Below are positions 1 to 9,133 of a DNA stretch of 64,000 bases, piece after piece. The position numbers were made by a program, and so were the translations under genes. The stretch is from Minisyncoccota bacterium (GTDB lineage: Bacteria > Patescibacteriota > Minisyncoccia > Phycocordibacterales > UBA918), in NCBI GenBank assembly GCA_041389025.1, contig JAWKSP010000001.1:256002-320001 (forward strand). Direction: 5' to 3'. The notes beneath the pieces are model-generated. The model was not told where the DNA came from. It searched no databases and was given only the letters and a program-made list of their open reading frames with translations. Positions within the stretch are counted from its first letter, which is position 1, and the number at the start of each line of letters is the position of its first letter.

Positions 1-279
1 AAACCTCCAATTAAATAAATAGAGAGCAAAACTAAACCTTGTTTAATATGAAATAAAATAAACGGTTTATCACGATTAGTTAATATAGGTATAAGTACCA
101 ATGGTCCCAAATAAGACAATCCGGCCATAACTGTGGTGTAGTTTACAATGAATTTTTCTTGATTAGTCTCTTTTCCGCCATGCTGTCCGTCTTGGTTGTT
201 GTTCGTCGTTGTGAAACTATTAAGTTGCTCGTTACTATTACTATTTTCCTGATTATTATTTGGTTGGTTGTTTTCCATA
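1..279 (-). CDS. DUF4870-like small membrane protein (partial, runs off window start)
   Basis: Minus-strand ATG at 277-279 gives MENNQPNNNQENSN...FILFHIKQGLVLLSIYLIGG. An N-terminal N/Q-rich tail is followed by a hydrophobic core with an FxxFHxKQ-like motif typical of DUF4870 proteins. The ORF is open to position 1. Confidence 0.45.
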
Positions 280-361
280 TAAAGTTAAGTTTAGCTCTAA
301 TTTTCAAGAAAAACAACATTTTTTCGTGAACTAATTTATGGTGATATACTGATTATAATTT

Positions 362-1153
362 ATGAAAATATATTCGTGGAACGTAAATGGTATTAGAGCG
401 GTATACAAAAAAGGAGCTCTACAAGATTTTATCGAAAAACATCAACCTGATATCCTGTGCTTGCAAGAAACCAAGGCAAATCATGATCAGATTGAGATTG
501 ATTTGGAAGATTATGAAGAATACTGGTGCTCTGCCGATAGAAAAGGTTATTCTGGAACGGCTATTTTTACCAAAGAAACACCAGAGGAAGTGATTTGTGG
601 CTTACCCGAGTCGATTGAAAAACAGTTTAACCTTGAAGATGGGTATGGACACACTGCGCGGGAGGGTAGGGTTATCGTAGCTGAATTTGAAGGTTTTTAT
701 TTATGTTCGGTTTATACTCCAAATGCTAAAGATGATTTGACTCGTTTGCCAATGCGTCAAGTTTGGGACGAGGCGTTTCTTACTTATATGAAACAACTGA
801 AAGACCAAAAACCGGTTATTTTTGGTGGTGATTTAAATGTGGCTTATACAGAAATGGACTTAGCTAGACCAAAGCAGAATAAAGGTAAAAAGGGTTTCAC
901 CGAAGAAGAGAGGCAGGGGTTTGGCAAAATACTAGAAACAGGTTTTGTTGATTCGTTTCGTCTGTTTGAAAAAAACAACGGGCATTATACATGGTGGTCA
1001 CATTTTGCAAACGCTAGAACACGAAACGTCGGCTGGCGCATTGATTACTTTATGGTAAGTGAAGAGTTGACTCCTTTGATTAAGTATGCGCGCATCCATG
1101 CTGATATTATGGGTTCAGATCACTGTCCGGTTTCAGTAGAATTAAGCCTCTAG
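362..1153 (+). CDS. xth: exodeoxyribonuclease III (AP endonuclease, ExoIII/APE1 family)
   Basis: Protein begins MKIYSWNVNGIRA and contains LCLQETK, the C-terminal SDHCPV motif and WWS...R; length 263 aa. These are the canonical ExoIII/EEP-fold signatures. Confidence 0.9.
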   Translation: MKIYSWNVNGIRAVYKKGALQDFIEKHQPDILCLQETKANHDQIEIDLEDYEEYWCSADRKGYSGTAIFTKETPEEVICGLPESIEKQFNLEDGYGHTAREGRVIVAEFEGFYLCSVYTPNAKDDLTRLPMRQVWDEAFLTYMKQLKDQKPVIFGGDLNVAYTEMDLARPKQNKGKKGFTEEERQGFGKILETGFVDSFRLFEKNNGHYTWWSHFANARTRNVGWRIDYFMVSEELTPLIKYARIHADIMGSDHCPVSVELSL

Positions 1154-1172
1154 TATGTTGAAAAATAAGTGT

Positions 1173-1210
1173 TTTTAGTCCCTGTCCTTTATAAAGGACA
1201 GGGACTAAAA
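1173..1210. terminator. perfect 38-bp palindrome (bidirectional intrinsic terminator-like) downstream of xth
   Basis: Sequence ttttagtccctgtcctttat/ataaaggacagggactaaaa flanked by T-runs. A degenerate second copy of the core (gtcttttataaaggacat) follows at about 1225-1265. Confidence 0.6.
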
Positions 1211-1877
1211 GTTTTCCCCAGTTATTCACATATATGTCCTTTACAGTCTTTTATAAAGGACATACTATATATGCAGGCCCAGAGAGGGCGAGCAGGAATC
1301 TCCAGAGTTTTGCTTCAAACAAGAGTTTGATACAAAACCCTGGAGATACCTCTTAAAGAGTACATTATAAAAACAATTGAGTATTACCTCCAAAAAACTC
1401 AAAAAATTAAACGTTCATAACAATCCCACCTAAGAGAAATCTCCTTACACCAAAGTTTATAAACTCTATAAACTAAAGAGTAAGAGACAATGATTTCTCA
1501 AACAACGTAGAGCTTTGGATAAAGGTTAGCTTCAAAAATATTTAAATAAGCGCCAACTTGGGTACAATACCCACCAAATATAAAGCTCAAAATTAATTCA
1601 AGGCCTGAGGGCATCGACAGTGAAAAGAAAATATCTTCACTTTCGATACCCCCAGGCCTTTTTTATTTTAGTAACTTATTTCTGTACTTAATAAGATGTC
1701 CCGCATCTCTAAGTACTTTAGACATTCTTTGGTTTGTTGTTTATGCCATATGTTTCAATATACAACTTAGTGTTGCAGAGGTATTGAACCATTACGGATT
1801 TATTGAAATATTGTAGAATATGTGTTATAATTTAAAGAGATATATAATTAAAATCCATTAAAATAAAGGAGATATAG

Positions 1878-2063
1878 ATGAATGATAGAATTTCAAATAT
1901 CGGTAAGAGAGTCGTATTAATATTTGACGAAGGTATAATCACAAAATGGATTTCTAATAATGATATTTATCACGTTAAAAAAGATAATGGTGAAATTGTA
2001 GCCTGGCCTGCAAATTATATCGCTGCCAGTGATTCAAACAGCTTACCTAGATTTAAAAATTAA
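1878..2063 (+). CDS. hypothetical small protein (61 aa)
   Basis: ATG preceded by an AAGGAGA ribosome-binding site at the correct spacing. No recognisable domain. Confidence 0.45.
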   Translation: MNDRISNIGKRVVLIFDEGIITKWISNNDIYHVKKDNGEIVAWPANYIAASDSNSLPRFKN

Positions 2064-2212
2064 TTATCTTAAATTTAGCTGAAAATCCTAAACCTATTTA
2101 GTATAGAGTTTAGGATTTTTTTATATTTGTAATTATTGCAATACTAAATTCTATTTTTACTCCTCCCGCATGCTTGTCATCTCTTATTTTGTAATGTGTA
2201 TACTGGTAATTA

Positions 2213-2485
2213 ATGGAAAACCTAAAATTCAAAGAAGAACCTTTGAAAAATAAAGCTAAATTAAGCGGGAGAGAAAGAGTTTCTATTGAGGAAGCGTTGG
2301 CTATACAATCGAAATTACGTGAATACATGACTCCACCCGAACTTGCTTCATATCTTAAATCTGATCCTGACTTATTGAACAGTTTAATTCTGCGATGGAT
2401 AGATAAATATGCTGCCAGATTTAAAGATTATTGTAATCTAAATGCTGATAACGATATTTTAATGCATAAAATTACTCATAAATGA
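2213..2485 (+). CDS. hypothetical protein (90 aa); possibly continues in the +1 frame to about 2605
   Basis: Clean ORF. Immediately after the stop, the +1 frame encodes NNEDFNSIREFLEQSSEDGLGGSFFTPEELQEFLEQNV with no start codon. This suggests a frameshifted C-terminal extension. Confidence 0.45.
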   Translation: MENLKFKEEPLKNKAKLSGRERVSIEEALAIQSKLREYMTPPELASYLKSDPDLLNSLILRWIDKYAARFKDYCNLNADNDILMHKITHK

Positions 2486-2656
2486 GCTAAATAATGAAGA
2501 TTTTAATTCTATAAGAGAATTTTTAGAACAATCATCAGAAGACGGGTTAGGTGGTTCTTTCTTTACTCCTGAAGAATTACAAGAATTTTTAGAACAAAAT
2601 GTTTAATAAGACTATTTGGCACCTGTGCTAATTAGGAGGTCATGTAAAACAAAGAA

Positions 2657-2724
2657 AATAACAGAGGTGCGACCTTGAAGAGGAGCGGTAAGCAACGGAA
2701 AAAGGTCGTTCCTCGGTTATTTTC
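2657..2724 (+). repeat. structured repeat element, copy 1 of 4 (hairpin AATAAC-GAGG-CGACC...GGTCG-CCTC-GGTTATTTT)
   Basis: aataacagaggtgcgaccttgaagaggagcggtaagcaacggaaaaaggtcgttcctcggttatttt. Homologous to 9018-9087, 27729-27797 and 57784-57850. Lies 3' of a + strand gene and ends in a T-run. Confidence 0.7.
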
Positions 2725-2794
2725 TATGTAAATTAATTAACATAGGTTCCATATTTCTGTCTGTACATATTATATTTTTTATGGTAAAAAATTC

Positions 2795-3292
2795 TTGGAT
2801 TATTTTTTATGGGATTATTTAATGGATAACTCAATTTTTCCTGTTTTTACATATCTACACAATGATCAGCCGCGAAAAATACAAGGGTCACGTATTGATG
2901 AAAAGTCTATAGTAATTTACAGCACTGACATAATCATAAGTCATGATATTCGTGATAAACGTGCTTTAGTAATATTTGATGGTGATATACCTTGTAATGG
3001 TTTACCTAGAAATGGGGTACAGATAGCTATGCTTGGTGAGCAAGGAATTCCTGTTAAAGGTAATCATTTTCGTTTATCAAAATCGTATGAAATGGAACAT
3101 CCTTTAGCTGAATATTTTGTTACAAATAAGTCTTATTTATTAAAAAGAAGAGTGCTTTTACTACCGGCGGGCAGGCTACAGTTATGCGCATTTATCGTTC
3201 CCAGTGGTTTGGCGGTTTGGTATTGTGTGATTGATGTTTCGTATAAAAATAACAAACCGGTTGTTTTGTTTTTAAGAAATAGCAGTTATTAA
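2795..3292 (+). CDS. hypothetical protein (165 aa)
   Basis: ORF only; no recognisable motifs. Confidence 0.35.
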   Translation: MDYFLWDYLMDNSIFPVFTYLHNDQPRKIQGSRIDEKSIVIYSTDIIISHDIRDKRALVIFDGDIPCNGLPRNGVQIAMLGEQGIPVKGNHFRLSKSYEMEHPLAEYFVTNKSYLLKRRVLLLPAGRLQLCAFIVPSGLAVWYCVIDVSYKNNKPVVLFLRNSSY

Positions 3293-3339
3293 TAACTTAG
3301 TTTAAATATTAGCCAGATATTTAATTAAATATCTGGCTA

Positions 3340-4813
3340 AACATTTATTTACTTACCTTGTGCTCTCTAGCTATCTCTTTATTGTACTCAGCTTCTTCTT
3401 CAGCTTGTTTTTCCTTGCCAGCGTCAATGAAGATTTCGCAATTCCTCTTCAGTATTATAGAGCTTAAAACCTTGGTTTCTAGGTGGTCTTTGGTATTTTT
3501 GGTCGGATCATTTTAGCACTTCCTCTAGTAGGGCATGAGTACATACCCAAGCTTTGCACGGTTTCATTAGTTATTTCCATAATCCTAGTGCCATTCTCTT
3601 CAGCATTTTGACTGAGATTGGATCACGAAGTGCTTCGTCCACCATAGCTTTATATTTGCGGAATCTAAATGGTTGTTTCTTTTGGTCTGCCGGTACCGAT
3701 ACGGTCACAAACACACGTAAGTTAAGGAGATTTTTGAATCTGATCTTCCCCGATTCGGACAATAGTGCGACGTACCGCTGATAAAGTGTAATTTGATTGG
3801 ATCAGAAAAACATGTGTAACCGTTCATTTTTTCGATAATTTGAGCTTCTTCACGTGGATATTTAAGGCGATCAAAGTTTTCTTGATCATTCTCGCCCCTA
3901 CCACTTCGTGTCCAAAGAAAGTATACATTTTGTTCTTACCTCCAGTTCGTCTAGTGGCTGGCTTACCTACATCGTGTAGTAAGGCGGCGATACGCATAGA
4001 AGTAGAATAACCTTTGTCAGCCGCAGCTTGCATGGTGCATAGGAGGTGTTCAAATACATCATAAGCATGAATACCGCCCTGCTCAACCAATTCCCTCTTC
4101 CAGCTCCAGAGATAATATATTCAAGTAGACCAAGTCATACAAGAAAATAATACCTTGCATTGAGTTGTGGAATCAATGATCCTCACAAACTCTGTGTTGA
4201 TTCTTTCCAATAGCGATTTCTTTGAGTAAAGCAGCGTTCTTAGTAACACCAGCAAGGGTCTCGCCTTCTATAGCAAATCAGCTCAGCTGCTAGTCTAACT
4301 GCTCGCATCATGCGGAGAGCATCCTCAGAAAAGCGCTTATCTGGGTCACCAACTGCTTTTAGTCTTTTTACTTTTAAGATCCTCAGAACCACTACATGTA
4401 AATCAACGTTTTTTGGTCTTTTTATGCGGTAAGCGATGGCATTGACGGTAAAGTCTCGTCTAGCCAGTCTTCTTACGAAACACCAAAAGTAACGCTGTCT
4501 GGACGTCTTTTGTCACTATACTCCCCTTCACTACGGTACGGAGTAACTTCTACTACCTGTGAACTACTTTCAGTTTCTTCGTCGTTATTTTTACTCCAAC
4601 GGTACCGTAGTCATTGTTACAAAAACTATCAGGAAAAATAAGCTTGAATTTGCTCGGATGAGCGTTGAGGTATGGTAAAGTCCCAGTCTTGGCTTTTTTA
4701 CCCAAAAGTAGGTCGCGAACACAACCGCCTACTAAATAAGTATCAAAACCAGCTTTTTCCAGCTCGTTTCCAACTCCACGTACAAATAATGGTATATCTT
4801 GAGGATTAATCAT
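3340..4813 (-). pseudogene. cca: CCA-adding enzyme / tRNA nucleotidyltransferase, fragmented by multiple frameshifts
   Basis: Minus-strand fragments sit in different frames. The N-terminal head (4553-4813) carries GGCVRDLLLG. The RRDFTVNAIAY motif is encoded around 4400-4440. Around 4230-4330 lies GDPDKRFSEDALRMMRAVRLAAEL. The HD domain (3824-4090) carries LLHDVGKP...FFGHE. Further C-terminal pieces occupy 3340-3780. No single open frame spans the gene. Confidence 0.7.
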
Positions 4814-4879
4814 GTGGCCATTGTAGCAGAAAATCGTTGCTTTTTCCTATATTTGCCGTATGATGTTAGACACACAACT

Positions 4880-4949
4880 GCACCCGTGGTGAAATGGATA
4901 TCACAACTGACTTCGGATCAGTCGTTCTGGGTTCGAGTCCACGGGTGCA
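4880..4949 (+). tRNA. tRNA-Arg(TCG)-like, atypical shortened T-arm (possible pseudo-tRNA); no CCA encoded
   Basis: Acceptor GCACCCG/CGGGTGC, D-arm GTGA-AATGGATA-TCAC, anticodon arm ACTGA-CTTCGGA-TCAGT (anticodon TCG). The T-arm TGGGTTCGAGTCCA is about 3 nt short of canonical. Total 70 nt, followed by a hairpin terminator at 4955-4990. Confidence 0.5.
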
Positions 4950-5196
4950 CAGAAAGGTTAAAGACCAGCGTTTTGGCTGGTCTTTAACTTCTGTCACACC
5001 CACCAGTCTGGGAACACAAACGATAGTGGAAGAAAAAGCCGTAGCACGACTCGAAGCCCGATTGAGATATTTTGTGAGTGAAACGAAACAAAATATCCAA
5101 TTGGGGTACTGAAACTGTAAGTTTCGAGTCCTGGCGAGAAATTCCTTTTATAACGTAACTTATATTAAGAAAAAAAATTCATGCTACCATAAACCC

Positions 5197-5874
5197 ATGA
5201 ACGAATGGCTTGATCTAAAAACTATTGCGCATTACGCAGAAAAAGCCGTTGATAGAGATTGGGCTTGGTATGAGTACGAGGTCAATTTTCCTGATCTTGT
5301 GAAACTATTGCCGGCCGATGTTGGATCAGTGTTGGATTTTGGTTGTGGAACAGGAGAATTTACTTCACTACTAACTGAAAAAGCAGACAGTGTCACAGGA
5401 ACGGATGTATCACCAATGATAGATGTGGCAAGGGTTAAACATCCAGAGATTAAGTTTGTGGTCTGGGATGGTAATGACTCTGTTCCGAGTGAGTTGGGAG
5501 TATACGATGTTATTTTTGCAAAACTTTCACTTCAGTTTATTGAAGATTTAGAATCAACTGTGAAACGTCTTTATAAAATAACCAAAACTGATGGCTATCT
5601 AATAGTTTCAGTTCCCAATCCAGATAAAATCAGTAAACAGTTTTCTTTTGAGGGAGTTGAAAACAAACGTTATCAAGACGAAATTGGCGATACAGGTATA
5701 AAAATAAATCCTATACACCGATCAGAGGCTGAATATTTTAGAGTATTTAGAAACGCAGGTTTTGATGTGTTTGAAATATCAAAACCAATGATACCTGAAA
5801 AACTTTGCCTTAAATATAACGCTAAAAATGGCGAATACTCTAGTCGTTTGAATTTGAAATTAAGGAAAGTGTAG
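5197..5874 (+). CDS. class I SAM-dependent methyltransferase
   Basis: Motif I VLDFGCGTGEFT with a downstream acidic residue and methyltransferase-fold spacing; 225 aa. Confidence 0.8.
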   Translation: MNEWLDLKTIAHYAEKAVDRDWAWYEYEVNFPDLVKLLPADVGSVLDFGCGTGEFTSLLTEKADSVTGTDVSPMIDVARVKHPEIKFVVWDGNDSVPSELGVYDVIFAKLSLQFIEDLESTVKRLYKITKTDGYLIVSVPNPDKISKQFSFEGVENKRYQDEIGDTGIKINPIHRSEAEYFRVFRNAGFDVFEISKPMIPEKLCLKYNAKNGEYSSRLNLKLRKV

Positions 5875-6093
5875 TAAATCCCCCTCAACTTTGTTGTAGA
5901 ACATATATAGATTTCTAAACTACTGTTCCCTATCTATTTCTCCTCTATGAAACTCCACTTTCTAATCCAAGCACTCACGGTAGGGGTAGGTAAAAAATAG
6001 TATTTTTAGCTAAATTTTAAGCAAAAGACCTTGAAGGTTTTTGTTTTATAAGTGAAACACAATATTAATTGTTATTTATGATAAAATTTACGT

Positions 6094-6366
6094 ATGGAAC
6101 TCTCCGAACGTTGCATTCAAACCCTAGAAAAAGAAGGTTTCATAACTATCTACGAGGAAAGTGAGACTTCGGGTGCTACCCATGAAACACATATACATCC
6201 GTACAACGTGGCGCTTTTTGTAACCGAAGGTGTCCTCAAGGTCACGATAAACGGTGAAACAAAGGAACTGAAGGCTGGAGATCGAGTTGATATTCCTGCT
6301 AATACCCAACATTCTGCTGTAGCAGGTACGGATGGTTGTCAGTATGTGGTGGGAGAAAAACATTAG
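6094..6366 (+). CDS. cupin domain protein
   Basis: 90 aa. His-containing beta-barrel motifs (HETHIHPY...GDRVDIPANTQHS) match the cupin_2 pattern. Confidence 0.6.
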   Translation: MELSERCIQTLEKEGFITIYEESETSGATHETHIHPYNVALFVTEGVLKVTINGETKELKAGDRVDIPANTQHSAVAGTDGCQYVVGEKH

Positions 6367-6469
6367 TATCATCTATAAATTTTAAACACTAAAATTTATT
6401 GTGTTTATTTAAATATAATAAAAAGCACTTGCGTTTGATGTAAATCTCACGCAAGTGCTGCTCTGGTCC

Positions 6470-6507
6470 GCCCGTATGTGCGGTGTTACAAGTAGGATCA
6501 CCTCCTT
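6470..6507 (+). other. orphan 16S rRNA 3'-terminal fragment (helix-45-like plus anti-Shine-Dalgarno tail)
   Basis: gcccgtatgtgcggtgttacaagtaGGATCACCTCCTT. It matches the universal 16S terminus GGATCACCTCCTT exactly over 13 nt and resembles GCCGTAT..GTGCGG of helix 45. No 16S body lies upstream, which is a cupin gene. Confidence 0.5.
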
Positions 6508-6650
6508 TATTTGTGTGAGTTTTAGAAAACCCAGAAATTTCCTAACCTCACACAGAGACAACCTGACACAAATGTATCATTTTATCGGTAAAATTCAATA
6601 ACCTAGATAAATATCGTCTCAAATATAAATTTTGTGACATAATAGAATTA

Positions 6651-7148
6651 ATGCTAATGATGAATAATTTTAGTAAAAACAAAGAACTCACTCATAAGGT
6701 CTTTATTGTTTCTATTGCTTTTAAAGGTCTAAATGGCATTGCTGAGATCATTGGTGGCCTCGTCGCTTTTTTTGTGACTCAAGATACGGTATTGCGAATT
6801 GTAAATTTCTTAGTGAAACAGGAATTAGTTGAAGATCCTGGCGATATAATTTCCCAATTTCTTATTCATACCGCTAGCACTTACACATCCACGGCTCAAA
6901 CTTTTGTAGCCCTTTACTTACTATCACACGGAGTATTAAAAGTTTTCCTTGTTCATAATTTGTTTAAAGGAAAGATGTGGGCATATCCGGTAGCGATGGT
7001 TGTGTTTGCTTTATTTGGAATATCGCAAACCATTGCTATTTTACATAAGTTCAACCTTGGTTTATTAATCCTTACCATTTTTGATTTAGTTATTATCCTG
7101 TTAACTTACCTTGAATATCGACAGGTAAGGCAGAAAAAATATGATTAA
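6651..7148 (+). CDS. hypothetical integral membrane protein
   Basis: 165 aa with several hydrophobic helices. Confidence 0.5.
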   Translation: MLMMNNFSKNKELTHKVFIVSIAFKGLNGIAEIIGGLVAFFVTQDTVLRIVNFLVKQELVEDPGDIISQFLIHTASTYTSTAQTFVALYLLSHGVLKVFLVHNLFKGKMWAYPVAMVVFALFGISQTIAILHKFNLGLLILTIFDLVIILLTYLEYRQVRQKKYD

Positions 7149-7190
7149 AAAACCCAAGAATAACCGTAAAGTTAAACTTGGGTTTTTTGA

Positions 7191-7493
7191 TTACAACCAG
7201 TTTAGCAACAACAATAATAGAGAAAGTAGAATTGTCGCCAGTGCGCTTATAGAAACAGCTAGCACAAATCTATGTCTACCGTGTGGGATAAACAATATTG
7301 AGAAAATATATGAGCTTATGCTCGTACTAAGTAAACAAAGAGATGTGACGTAATACAGTTTTACAACAGTTTTATCTGGCATAAAATGAAAACATGTCAC
7401 CAGAACAAATGGCAATATACACCATATCCATATGCAGACTTTGTAGATCCTGTTTATTTTTTGTTCTTCTTCCCAATAGTCCTCACTACGCAT
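7191..7493 (-). CDS. small membrane protein (100 aa)
   Basis: Hydrophobic ORF, first of three small membrane ORFs in tandem on the minus strand. Confidence 0.4.
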   Translation of the reverse strand: MRSEDYWEEEQKINRIYKVCIWIWCILPFVLVTCFHFMPDKTVVKLYYVTSLCLLSTSISSYIFSILFIPHGRHRFVLAVSISALATILLSLLLLLLNWL

Positions 7494-7779
7494 GATAACC
7501 TCCTTGGATAAACAACACTAAAACAAAGAATATGGTGAGTGAAACACTAAAGATAACTAGAGGTATAAACCTTTCTCTCCAGTCGGCTAACCAAAATAGT
7601 ATGGTCATAACGTATGATCCTGTAGCGTTTACTCCTAAAATATAGATTATTGTAGGAATAAGCCCTATAGGTTTTGGAGGGGCATAGTATAGACACGTCA
7701 TCAACACGCAAAATTGCATGAATAAAAGATATGCTTCCATGTTTTTACTTAGTACCCAGTTATATTTTTTAATCATCAC
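7486..7779 (-). CDS. small membrane protein (97 aa), paralog of 7797-8066
   Basis: N-terminus MMIKKYNW resembles MIVNKYKK of the neighbouring ORF; about 3 transmembrane segments. Confidence 0.5.
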   Translation of the reverse strand: MMIKKYNWVLSKNMEAYLLFMQFCVLMTCLYYAPPKPIGLIPTIIYILGVNATGSYVMTILFWLADWRERFIPLVIFSVSLTIFFVLVLFIQGGYHA

Positions 7780-7796
7780 TTACCTCCTTTATTTAG

Positions 7797-8066
7797 TTAC
7801 GAACAGTCCAACGAAAAAAGCATTAGGATGAGTATGATAATAATCCAATTTATCATTACAAACCTAATGAAAGAAGCTCTGTCGAATTTAGACACAAAGA
7901 ATAAGACCGCAATAGTGCTTTGACCCAGTAATGCTCCAGAAAGTGTATAAGTTATGTAGTTACGTTGTATTTCAAAGTGCGCTACCAGCAGAAAAATTGA
8001 AAGTGCAATGGAAAACTGCACGTACAACCACCACCCGTCAAACTTTTTGTATTTATTCACGATCAT
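7797..8066 (-). CDS. small membrane protein (89 aa), paralog of 7486-7779
   Basis: See previous entry; tandem paralogs. Confidence 0.5.
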   Translation of the reverse strand: MIVNKYKKFDGWWLYVQFSIALSIFLLVAHFEIQRNYITYTLSGALLGQSTIAVLFFVSKFDRASFIRFVMINWIIIILILMLFSLDCS

Positions 8067-8200
8067 CTCCTTTTCAATAACAATTAGTCAAAGAACTTCT
8101 TGACTAATTACAATTTTATTACTTAATAACAAATAATGTCGAGTATATATAAATTAATTATACAAAATTCTATATTTAACCTTTAAACATCAACAAAAAG

Positions 8201-8213
8201 TTGTCGGTGACAA
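8201..8213. promoter_or_regulatory. palindromic operator-like site TTGTCG-G-TGACAA upstream of a TrmB-family gene
   Basis: ttgtcggtgacaa lies 29 bp upstream of the start at 8242. The same TTGTC(G/A)...(C)GACAA half-sites occur at 9955-9974 and 56452-56465, upstream of two other TrmB genes. Confidence 0.45.
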
Positions 8214-8241
8214 ATCCACAACAATTTGCTAAGATAGGTAA

Positions 8242-8997
8242 ATGATAAAAGAAATATTAGAAGAATTAGGTTTTTCTGAAAAAGAAGTAGAGATATATTT
8301 AGCTATAATTAAGTCAGATCAAGCTACTGCTTCACTGATAGCCAAAGAGACCGATGTAAATCGGACGACGGTTTATGATATTTTGGAAACTTTAATGCAT
8401 AAAGGAGTGGTTTCTAAGATCAAAAAAGCCGGTAAAACCTACTACTATGCCCTATCTCCGGATAAGCTGATTGATTATTTGGAGCGTGAAAAACGTGAAT
8501 TTAGCAAGAAAATTGACCTCCAAAAAGAAAAAGTCAGCAAAATAATGCCAAAATTGATTTCAATCCAAAATCTCCATTCGGTCAACAAACCAAAAGTCCG
8601 CTTTTATGAAGGTGAAAAAGGCATGCGGGAAGCTTATGAGGACTCGTTGCAGGCTGATGGGTTGATACGTGCCTATGCCAACGTAGAGGAAATGCACAAA
8701 GGTCTCCCCAATTTCTTCCCCGAATACTACAAGCGCCGAGCTGAGGCCAATATCCATATTAGAGCTATTCTTCCTCAAAATGAAGCTTCTTTTGACCGCG
8801 CGGCCAAAGATAGTGAAGAAATGCGCACTACTAAGTTCTTGCCAGAAGAAAAGATGACCTTTAGCCCGGAAATAAATGTTTATAACAACAAAGTCCTGGT
8901 AGCGTCATGGAAAGAATCAATGGCGATAGTAATAGAATCCAAGGAGTTGGCGGACTTTCATAAGCTTGTTTATGATCTGTTGTGGGATTCTATGTAG
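8242..8997 (+). CDS. TrmB-family transcriptional regulator
   Basis: N-terminal winged helix-turn-helix LGFSEKEVEIYLAIIKSDQATASLIAKETDVNRTTVYDILETLMHKGVV plus a C-terminal TrmB-type domain. Confidence 0.75.
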   Translation: MIKEILEELGFSEKEVEIYLAIIKSDQATASLIAKETDVNRTTVYDILETLMHKGVVSKIKKAGKTYYYALSPDKLIDYLEREKREFSKKIDLQKEKVSKIMPKLISIQNLHSVNKPKVRFYEGEKGMREAYEDSLQADGLIRAYANVEEMHKGLPNFFPEYYKRRAEANIHIRAILPQNEASFDRAAKDSEEMRTTKFLPEEKMTFSPEINVYNNKVLVASWKESMAIVIESKELADFHKLVYDLLWDSM

Positions 8998-9017
8998 TTT
9001 GTGAGGGGTGGTTAAAA

Positions 9018-9087
9018 AATAACGGAGGTGCGACCTTAAAGAGGAGCGAGTAGCGACAGGAAAAGGTCGTTCCTCGGTTATTTTTTA
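9018..9087 (+). repeat. structured repeat element, copy 2 of 4
   Basis: aataacggaggtgcgaccttaaagaggagcgagtagcgacaggaaaaggtcgttcctcggttatttttt. Sits between convergent TrmB genes. Confidence 0.7.
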
Positions 9088-9133
9088 TGTAATACAAACT
9101 CGATTTCCGTCTTTTATAAAGAAAATAAACCAA

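Noticed and set aside
387-593. Alternative-frame ORF inside xth
   Set aside because: Fully embedded in a well-supported ExoIII gene in another frame.
4799-5112. Two + strand ORFs (62 and 72 aa) after the cca pseudogene
   Set aside because: They overlap the tRNA-Arg-like gene and its terminator hairpin.
6370-6650. Full rRNA gene
   Set aside because: Only about 40 nt resemble the 16S 3' end. No upstream 16S sequence and no 23S or 5S nearby.
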